Part shown: positions 49,628 to 58,428 of the stretch, piece by piece
Layout of the letters: every line of letters starts with the position of its first letter
How positions within the stretch are numbered: the first letter of the stretch is position 1
Assembly (NCBI GenBank): GCA_013115125.1
Contig: JABANN010000166.1
Coordinates: 1 to 58,428, forward strand
Length of the DNA stretch: 58,428 bases
From: Perkinsus olseni
Lineage: Eukaryota
Direction: 5' to 3'
Position numbers and translations under genes: made by a program
The notes under the pieces: model-generated
Told to the model about the DNA's origin: nothing
The model's database searches: none
What the model saw: only the letters and a program-made list of their open reading frames with translations

Positions 49628-51052
49628 ATGGCTGCCGCAGTGTCCGCGCTGCCATCAGTGTTGCTCTCTACTCTCTCCGCTGATGCACTATGGCATATCT
49701 TGGCCCTCCTCGACACGGTCAGCGTTGTTGCCTTGTCATCTTGCAATCGCAGGCTGAGCTCCTTCGGTGCCCGTTGTGGGCCCCTCAAGCTCTTCACCAT
49801 GCTCATCGACCCTGTCTTTGTCCGTCTTCCTGTTGTTGATATCGCCCGCGCGGACCTGCGCCTGCATGGCGATGACACCACTTCTGTGCTACGTCTCCGT
49901 CTGTTGCTCGAGGGGCTCCAATGTCGGTCATCGGTGGCCGCAGGGAGTATCCATACTGCATGCTTACACGACGGCAAAGTCTACACATTCGGTACCGGCA
50001 CCTCGGGGCAGCTCGGCCACGGGGTTTTCCGTGACGAGCCTCGTCCTCTTCTGCTCGCCAGCCTCAACCATCTCACGGTCGCAGCGGTAGCCTGCGGAGA
50101 TCGACACACGCTGTTCCTCTGCACCACCGGCGTTGTCTTCGGCACGGGCCGGAACACCTTCGGCCAGTTGGCCAGCGAAGACTTACGAGACTTCCCTTCC
50201 CCTCGCAAGATCGATGTAGAAGTGCCCTCTTCGACCCCTATTGATGTGAGATGTGGTGGAGATCACAGCATGGTCCTCCTAGCCAACGGCCACGTTGTTG
50301 CTTTCGGGTGGAACGCCTTTGGGCAGCTTGGAATTGGTGTCTCCACCTTCGGAGCATCTCTGGTCGCAGCCGTGTCTTCACCGACCCTCGTGCACCCTCC
50401 GGCTCCAGGCATCCGCTTCGTGAGTGTATCCTGCGGTTTCGCTCACTCACTCTTCCTTTCCGACTCGGGTCGTGTGTATTCTTGTGGGATGGGGTCCCAT
50501 GGCCAGCTCGGCAATAACGACCGCGCGCACCGCTGGGTGCCTACGTTCATCCCGACCATCGACCGTTGCACCATGGTTTCATGCGGAGGTCACCATTCTC
50601 TTGTGCTGTGTGACCCACTGGGAGAGGTCTATGCTTTCGGTAGCGGCTCTACTGGCAAGCTCGGCCGCGGTGACGATATGGGAGACAGTGCGATACCTGT
50701 GAAAGTATCGGGGCAGTTGCCCCCAGTCGCCTCCGTCTGTTGCGGTGGCGCTCACTCTTTAGTTATTACTCGGCACAATTCTGCGCTCTACGTCTTCGGC
50801 ATGGGTCGCCGAGGCCAACTTGGCGATGGTCAGCGGCGTTCACATCCTCTCCCTACTGGCCCAGTCGCCTCAGGGGTCCAGTGCATGGCAGGGGGTGGTT
50901 ACCATACGATAGCGGCCCTTGACGACAGCGGCGGCATCATAGTCTTCGGTCGGAGCACCCGTGGTCAGCTCGGTTTAGGATTCGTCGAGGATGTATCGGT
51001 GCCGTGGCCGTTAGAGCTCCCTGTGCATGAATCGCATGACTCTGTTAGTTGA
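49628..51052 (+). CDS. RCC1-repeat beta-propeller protein with N-terminal F-box-like motif (single exon)
   Basis: Seven RCC1-type repeats (VAAGSIHT..FGTGTSGQLG, VACGDRHT, CGGDHS, CGFAHS, CGGHHS, CGGAHS, GGGYHT). N-terminal LSTLSADALWHILALLDTVSVVALSSCNRRL. Confidence 0.85.
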   Translation: MAAAVSALPSVLLSTLSADALWHILALLDTVSVVALSSCNRRLSSFGARCGPLKLFTMLIDPVFVRLPVVDIARADLRLHGDDTTSVLRLRLLLEGLQCRSSVAAGSIHTACLHDGKVYTFGTGTSGQLGHGVFRDEPRPLLLASLNHLTVAAVACGDRHTLFLCTTGVVFGTGRNTFGQLASEDLRDFPSPRKIDVEVPSSTPIDVRCGGDHSMVLLANGHVVAFGWNAFGQLGIGVSTFGASLVAAVSSPTLVHPPAPGIRFVSVSCGFAHSLFLSDSGRVYSCGMGSHGQLGNNDRAHRWVPTFIPTIDRCTMVSCGGHHSLVLCDPLGEVYAFGSGSTGKLGRGDDMGDSAIPVKVSGQLPPVASVCCGGAHSLVITRHNSALYVFGMGRRGQLGDGQRRSHPLPTGPVASGVQCMAGGGYHTIAALDDSGGIIVFGRSTRGQLGLGFVEDVSVPWPLELPVHESHDSVS

Positions 51053-52196
51053 AAACAGTAGTAGTAGCTATCATATTTTGTTGCACACGAGCTAGAATGG
51101 GGAGACACAGTATACAACCTCCTCCAAGCTTCCATCTCGTCTGGCTGCACTACACAGTTAACTTCTCGAGTTGTCTTTTTTTCAGTAGCAATTAACGTTG
51201 TAACATGCCTGTTTGAGGGGAGGTGCGTATCTGTAGTGCTCTTCCATGGTACACCGAGGTTCGGGTTTGAGTTCAAGTTTTCTGGAACCGAACCATTTTC
51301 CCGGCGGCACTTTGCTCATGCGTTTTCACACGGAAAGAATTCTGAATGTTAAAAACGTCAAGTGTGATGACAGAACTTTAAAGAGTTGCGAACGGCTGCG
51401 CCATGTCGGGAGGAAAGGCCTGAGTAGGTTGCGTTAGCGTCAGATAAAACCGCCTAAGATTGAGCAAAAGAAGTACAAGAAGTATGTGGTCGGGCATGAG
51501 AGATGGACCTGAAGAGGGGCCAGCTGTTAGTAGCAATGCGGTGATCTTAAAGATATCGATGAAGGAAGGCTAATGCCATCGTTAATCTGATTGTTGATCC
51601 AGGGCAGCTGTGTAATGGCGATGAAACTCTAAGGGAGATCTATGCAACCCGGGACTGGCTCGAGACAGCGACGTTGAGCCGACTCCGACGCAGACACGAA
51701 GTCCTGTTCTCTTTCGAAGTTGTCTCTCCACTGAAATCACCTCCCTCCTCTTTGAAATGAGCTACAATAGCCCGGCATGCCGCTTCGTGTGGGGTTTCGT
51801 CCAGCAGGTGTCGTCCTTCTTTCAAGCCTACCGAGTTGGAATGTTCTTAAGGAGCTGCTAGCGATTATCACAGAGATTACTCCCCGTCCAACAGCTCCAG
51901 CTTGGTTTTGTTCGGAACAAATTGTTCCGATGTTCATACGATTTCAATGTTACACGGTATGCGTGGGCGTTATCATTGCGAGGGCACAGTCCGATGTGTC
52001 CCCGAAGCGAGGACTCCCTGAGGTCTTACCTCAGAAGCCGACCCATTCGGCAAGAGTCAATTCCTTAAACCCACTGGACACAACGATAGACCTCGGCGGC
52101 AATTTGCATTATAACGCGAACGTGAACATGGTATGGTATCTCAGCCGAATGCGGCGAGTGCATTTCTTGCATGAATGAATCTCCAGTGCTTCATCT

Positions 52197-55100
52197 TCAC
52201 AACGGGAAGATCACAGAGAACAGAGTCAGCACTGTTACCACAGCCGTCGTCGAATGGGTAAACGCCGAGCTCTGCAAGACAAGATTATCGAGGACCTGGC
52301 TGCATCAGAGCCTAATCGCTAATCGTACCTTGGGCGTGGTCTGCGTTGAATTGGCAGGCGCGATCTCCTGCATGGGATGTGTACTGGCAACCTGGCACAA
52401 CAAAAGCGTGGCTGCGCCAAAGTCTCGTCACTAGCATTCACCCATTTGCGAGGCACGTACCTTCGGCTCCGTTTCATCGACTTCATCTTCCTCTGTCACG
52501 TCCACTTGCCCGTCGTCGTTTGCTTGCGGATCGTGGGGCTTCACTGTGGCCTCCTGCGCAGTCTGTGTGGGACTAGTCTGCTCTGGCGTGCTCGTAGACG
52601 AGGGCGCAGGCCGCTGAGTCGGCTCCTGCGTTGTGATGCTACTGCTTTCTTCGGAGCCCGTCGAAGTACTCGGCGGAGTGGTTCTCTCGCTAATTGGCTC
52701 GACAGTCGGAGTGGTCGATTCGTCCATTGACGCCCCCGTGGTTTCAACAACGAGAGGAGCTGTTTGAGTCTCCTCTCTGGATGGCTCAACAGTTGGAGTA
52801 CTTGATGGTCCCTCCTCTGTATCATCATGAGCGTCATTGGGTGCATCTGAGGGGGCTGGAGATTCTTCGAGAAAATACTGCTGATCATTGAGGGACGTCA
52901 CCTGTCTCCTGGTCATCGTCTTCTCGGACGCTGTCTTTTCTAGTCTGCGGTATTTCTGACTTCTGCTGTGACATTGCTGAAGATTGTCCACAAATTACCG
53001 ACGCTTACAATATCGCGCTCCCACCTTGCTTCAGGGCCATAGGAGGATGCTCTAATAAGAACTCGCGCGGTATCAGGGCCTTCGATAGACACATCAGCTG
53101 TAATATCTCCGATACGGAGAGGCCCTGGCTCTGCTCCTTCAGTATGTCAACGCACTTTCGATCGCCATGCATGGGGCTGGAGAAGTAGAAGACCCTGACG
53201 GCAGCTGCATTTTGCGACTTAAGGCTTCGTCATGCAACACTCACTGAGGTTCCTCGGATGCATCCTCGCAGCGGAAAGCTACAGTCCAATTTCCCTTCAG
53301 AGGACGATAGAGCGCAATCGCAAGCTTCGAAGACTTGCCATCAGACAAGCCGCAGAGATTGGGGCCAAGGGGAACAACCTACGGTAAGACAGTGTCGGGA
53401 AACGAACCACGAGGGGCCCAGATCTCGGAAGCGAGCTACGACGGGACGGGCCGCGATAAGGCTTGCCATGGGGAACCCAGTTGCCGAGAGATTAGGGATG
53501 CAGCACGATCACTCCACTGACCTACCGAATCCTGTCGGTCGCTCGAACTGGGCTTCTCGGGCTTGTTGTGAGGCGGTGTGGGAGGATGATATCGATCCCG
53601 TCCATCCTCCTCATTGGTGCTTCCCTTCCCGTGTATAGACATGGCTGAAGATGTGATGATGGTGAAGAGGGGAATATCAATGTTGTGATCTCACCTTTTT
53701 GAAGAGCCGCAGGAGGCTGCTCCAACAAGTACTTGCGCAGAACCTTGTCTTTTATGCTACACATTTCCGCTCTCATCTCCGAAACAGAGTCGTAGCCGCG
53801 GCTTGGCTTCATTAGCACGGTGCGACAGTCCTCGTCGCTGTGATCGGGGGAGGAGTAGTAGAAGACCCTGAAGAGCAATGTGTCTAGGAACTAGAGAAAT
53901 CCACATTACGAAACCAACCTGGAAGAATCTTCCGATGCATCCTCGCAGCGGAGAGCTAGCATCCAGTTGCCGGTGGGAGGGCGGTAGATTGCGATCACAA
54001 ACTCAGAAAATTTGCCATCGGGGACACCGCATAGATTGGGCGCGAGGGAAACGACCTGAGGCAGGAAGATGTCCGAACAGGATGAATTCAGCTCTGATAA
54101 GCAGTGGGAACAAGGACAGCGACGCGATCCCGTTCTCCCCGCAGACGGTTCGGGTGGCTATCCGGCAACGAGCTGGCGATAGGTTGTGAGCGCGCGATCA
54201 TCCTTGAGACCCACCGAATCCGCCCATCCTCTCGGAGTGGGCTGCTCTGATTCGTTATCCGTTGGATAGGCGATATTCTTGTCTCGTGGGTGAGGCCGAT
54301 TATGGCTAGACATGGCTGAAGAGAGTCAGGGGAGAGTTCGCATCATCATGAGAAGACCATCAGCATTGGGATCTCACCTTTGGCGAGAGTTATGGGAGGA
54401 TGCTTCAATATAAACTCACGAGGAATCTCGTCTCTCGAGGCGCACATTAGCGGTATCATCCTCGCAACAGGGAGACCCTTGGTTTGCTTTCGCAGCATGT
54501 CGACGCACTTCTGGTCACTGCGATCGGGGGCGGAAAAGTAGTAGACTCTGAGGGGAGCCGTGCCTCGATAATGAGAAGGTTGTCATGCTGAACTCACCTC
54601 GAAGGCCCCCTGACTGCATCCTGACAGCGGAAGGCAAAAGTCCAGTTGCCGTTGGGAGGGTGGTAGATCGCAGCAGCGAGCTCCGGGGAGGAGTGGCCAT
54701 CAGACAGGCCACAGAGATTGGGAGCGAGGGACACAACCTGAGACAACAGGGTTTCAAGGCTTCATGAACGGAGACGTTGACGGCAGGGACAACGAGAAGA
54801 GCCGACCGGCAACGACTATGATCGCACGATGCCGCACCATACTCACCGAATCCTCCCATTGGTTCGAGCTTGGTTCCTTGGGGTTATGGACTATATCTCT
54901 GCGGACGTTCAGGGCGGGTATATCCTCGTGAGCTCGCCTCGGGTAAGTCATTCTAGGTAATCTTGCCATATTCTTCAGGCTTTGAAGATACTCAGTCTTC
55001 GAGTTGAGCTTCGGTGAGAGTTTGAGTTCACAAATCATTCGGACTGCTCGCTCTGCAGTGGCGGAGGGCGGCAGGGGCAACTCCTCGAGGACTTCTCGGC

Positions 55101-56260
55101 AAGTAGCAGCAGGTTCAGACGTGATGTAAGCGTAGCGATTCCTCAGCGTCATTGCCTTCAACAGCTCTGATTTTTGCGTCTTGACGTCCTTGCTCGCGAG
55201 CGAGTGCTTCAGCTGGCCCTGGCAATGTCCTGTGAGGAGCCAGCGTCCATTGTCCCTCCTCGTGAGCATGATGGCAGGAGCATTGCCGTAGCGCGCGGTG
55301 AAGATTCCGCACCTGGGACTCGAACCCGAGTTGTTCTCTCGTATCTGAATACAAGGCGATTGGATGATCTCTGTGATTGACACCAGATCTTCGAGCCTTG
55401 CGCTCACGGCTGCGGCTTAGTTGTTAGACCTACAGCTTGCTTCCACGGACTGGCCTTTCCTCGCTGGAATTCGGACAGCCAGAATGATCTGAAGTACCAG
55501 TGACCATCCATGAGCGGCCCGAGGCAGACAACGTTACCTCGTTTGCGTAGTGAGCAAGGCTACCAGGCAGCTAGTAAGCGCTCGCATTGCTTGAGGGGAT
55601 TGATGAAAAATAAGGGGCCTGCATTAGCCGGGGCCTCGAGTGGGGTTGTACCATTCCATACACAACTCAGATTCATCCTTTTGACGTCACATTGTATATT
55701 CATGTATGAAACAGCAACCACAAGCGGTTCCATAGGAGCCAATTGACGCCTGTAACCAATCAAAGACAGAATAGAGTCTTGAGGTGCCTCAGAGACGTAC
55801 GAAACTTCGACTTCGCTGCCATAATACCGAAGACTGCCCGCTTCGACCACCCTCTGACACTCCCAAAGGGCGCAGTAGAGCAGCTCACCGAGGGCTCTGC
55901 AAAGCGAGAGCCATGGGCCTAATCAGGAAGCTGTGGGGCTTAACGGCCATCGGCGCGCGATCTCTGCGACCGTCCGCGGCCCCTCCATTTGCCCAATAAA
56001 AAGCGCTAGCCTTGCGCTCGAATGACACTTTCCGAGCTGCGTGCTTTTCCGAATGCACCTTCACATACCGCAGAGCTGGCCATGCTTTCTGATAGGAGAA
56101 AACCACCCCTTGCGCGACTACAAACGACAGGAACGTCACACCTGACGTTACAAACAATAAGGGAACATAACAAAGGAACCCGAACGAGTGAATGACCAAC
56201 GATACGGTAGTATCGTAGACGGAGACGAGTTACTGAACTGAGCCTACTAATTTCCTTCAT
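52197..56260 (-). CDS. Putative secreted, GPI-anchored surface protein with four copies of a Cys-containing domain and a Ser/Thr/Glu-rich stalk (multi-exon)
   Basis: Spliced start MKEI|SVTFLSFVVAQG (signal-like), repeated LCG..GNW..RCED modules, mucin-like exon 52431-52900, terminal exon SSAFTHSTTAVVTVLTLFSVIFPL*. Confidence 0.65.
53025..54740 (-). repeat. Three tandem ~0.65-0.7 kb exon-intron modules encoding the repeated Cys domain
   Basis: Exons VVPLGPNLCGLSDGKSSKLAIALYRPLKGNWTVAFRCED, VVSLAPNLCGVPDGKFSEFVIAIYRPPTGNWMLALRCED and VVSLAPNLCGLSDGHSSPELAAAIYHPPNGNWTFAFRCQD. Each is followed by a VxYxSxP..C..MC..L.HPP/QPP..L.KG exon. Nucleotide similarity is visible (cccaatct.tg.gg, gcagcggaa, tagacatggctgaaga). 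Confidence 0.8.
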
Positions 56261-56616
56261 GTGGGCCTTGATTCGACATACAGCCGACGTGCGATCATCT
56301 TCGCTTTCCACCATCCGATGATAGCTGATCGCATTCCTAGTCGGAGTTGCCGGCTTGCTTCTCCTCACGGAGGACCCTACCGTGTGAAACGAGAGTTCCA
56401 TTATGGAATCAGTGTCGAAGAAGCAGACGAAAATGGCACGTAGTGCTTGATAGTGTTCGAGGAGATGGCAGAGTTGCAAAAACTCATACCAGCGACATCC
56501 AACGAGAGTTCCCGACCCCCAACACAACACAAACCTTACTCTAGACGGCACATTGCGTGTTAGAGTATGTGTTTCTGCCGGAAGCGGCCCGAAGAGGCAT
56601 GCACTACAATGAGGGC

Positions 56617-58362
56617 TTACACAGCGTAAATGGCAGTCAAGAACAGAACAATTGTCATGCCGGATGGGAAGGATGGCAGAGGCGCACTAGAGGTCTGAGA
56701 AAAGAATCGATAAAAGGCGAATCATGAACTCATTCAATACTCCGAAAGTCATGCAACCCACGTACCTCGGACAATTGCCTCTGGAAGGCTTCACGGGGGC
56801 GCAAAACGCGTTCAATAACTCGGCGATCGTCGGCAGTGATAAGGGTACTGGAATCGTCTTCTTCCTGGAGAGAGAACGAAAGTGGGGCGGGCATCTAGCT
56901 AAGAATCAACCGCTCCCTCCTACAGGTTCGATCCTCGAGAGGTCGGCTAGAGTCGAGGCCCGGTCCTCAGGCTCTGTGGACGCTTCCGCAGCAGCATTCG
57001 TAGAGTTTTGAGGCGTAGGGGGAGCCGATGAGTTTTCGTCAGATTCAGCAGCCTCCTCAACAGGGGAGTGAGTGAGATTCAGATTTCCAGGGCGAGTTGA
57101 ATCTTCATCGTGAGCATCTGTTTCCGCTCCAAGCTCAGGTTCTGGCGAGGTTTGATTGATCTCTCCCTCTGAGCCAGGGAGATCTCCCTCGCTCAAGTCA
57201 TCGCCCTGTGTTTTGGTCACACTGTCTTCGGACTCAGTCCTATCAGTATCTGATCAAAACGGAAGAAGTGCGGTTAATCAATGCCAAGTCACGATGACCG
57301 GTCGGCGACCGGCGGTCGCACAGTGTACACCTCGGTACAGCTTCTACTCCAGTAGAGGCGTGACTCAGTTTAAACGATCAATAAAACTGCGGAAAACTTA
57401 CTCCGTGAAGGGCCTGCACTATTGCGCTGAGGATTCTCGAATCGCGAAGGCTTGAGATTGAATGCTGAGAACGAGCGCTGTGGATCTCTTTGGCGAGACG
57501 AAGCTAGTTGTTTTACCCTCTTCCAGTGGCCTCGGGGGTTGGTCAAGCTTGTGCTTTTGAAGAAGCTTATTGAGGGAATTGCATAGCTCCTTGATGCCCT
57601 CTGGTCCCGGTAGGTCACTGACACCAGGGGCCGAGCCGAGATACTCTTTGCAGTCTTCCGACAGCCCACGGCCGAGCTTCACGAAATGGGTCCTGAAGAA
57701 GCAACCAGTAACTTCGGAAACGTCTTCCCCCACCCCCGTACTTCAACTCCTTTGTGTTGATGTCCTCACACTTGAGACCCATCGACCATTGTCCATCGGC
57801 AGGGGCGAACAGTCCAAGAGAGAGCCCGGGCTCACCAGGATGGTATATTCCACAGAGGCTCGGATCGACAGATACAATCTGAGGGACATCGACAGGACCA
57901 GTTCACTCCGGCAAGCAATACGAACAGAATTACCGAGTCCCGCCACGATTGTCCTTCAGTGGACGCATCTGATTCATCAGAGGTACTGGCATTCGCGTGG
58001 TCTCCTGAGAGATCACACAGAAAGTGAAGCGAAACGGCGTCACGGGAAGAGTAGCAGCGGATAGCGCACGAGAGGGTATGGCGGTGTTAAAGTATGGCTG
58101 CCCAAGGACGCCGCGAGTAGCGCCGAGTACTCACCTAGTTCCGTTCCGTCGCCAGTCCCAATACGACGCTCCGTGATTGTGGTGGAGCCTTTCGAAGGCC
58201 CACTGCGGATTGTGGCCGTTGGTACCGCCACCTCTGGCATCGTAGTCGTTGTGGCTGGCGAAGGAGCCATGGTCATTGAATCTACTGTCGCTGCCCTTGT
58301 GGCCCTCATCGTCTCTGTTGTGGTCGTTGTTGTTGTGGTCGATGTTGTGGTTGTGGTCGTCG

Positions 58363-58427
<65 letters not shown>

Positions 58428-58428
58428 G
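56617..58428 (-). CDS. Paralogous putative GPI-anchored mucin-like surface protein with one Cys-domain copy; 5'-partial
   Basis: Poly-Thr entering from the window end, exon IVSVDPSLCGIYHPGEPGLSLGLFAPADGQWSMGLKCED, exon SEDCKEYL...KELCNSL..LDQPPRPLEEG, acidic S/T/E/P exon 56906-57220, terminal exon TSSAPLPSFPSGMTIVLFLTAIYAV*. Confidence 0.6.
58316..58428. repeat. (GTT)n microsatellite encoding poly-Thr on the minus strand; pure from ~58362 to the window end
   Basis: Seen directly. Confidence 0.95.

Noticed and set aside
49628-51052. UVR8 photoreceptor assignment for the RCC1 protein
   Set aside because: It lacks the GWRHT tryptophan-triad motifs.
51100-52190. Short ORFs between the convergent RCC1 and surface-protein genes
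   Set aside because: No recognisable motifs or consistent exon chain, so probably UTR or intergenic.
53025-54740. Transposon, LTR or CRISPR interpretation of the ~0.7 kb repeats
   Set aside because: The repeats are diverged coding exon-intron modules, with no terminal repeats, transposase/RT or repeat-spacer pattern.

Overview
Eukaryotic, intron-rich, gene-dense genomic DNA with many short GT-AG introns, so the ORF track shows exon fragments. Gene style and content suggest a Perkinsus-like (dinozoan alveolate) protist, which is inference only. About 23 protein-coding genes can be pieced together manually, and exon boundaries and some start codons are approximate. Positions 1-30 kb form a minus-strand run: a Cys-rich mucin-like secreted protein, a FkbM-like protein, zf-MYND, two tandem membrane metallophosphoesterases, a class III adenylyl cyclase, a HERC-type RCC1+HECT ligase, a nucleotide-sugar transporter, an LRR protein, NudC-like and MetAP2. 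A Pro-rich gene and ATP synthase OSCP follow. Positions 34.5-51 kb form a plus-strand run: ArfGAP, SPATA4-like, a gelsolin-like+dual-specificity phosphatase carrying an antisense intronic tRNA-Gln, an RRM protein, a degenerate PRMT and F-box/RCC1. The window ends with two tandem minus-strand genes for putative GPI-anchored surface proteins built from a repeated 4-Cys domain I do not recognise. The most interesting points are that surface-protein domain family, a probable pseudo-PRMT (prozyme-like), the intronic tRNA, and a cyclase with a non-canonical metal-binding motif.
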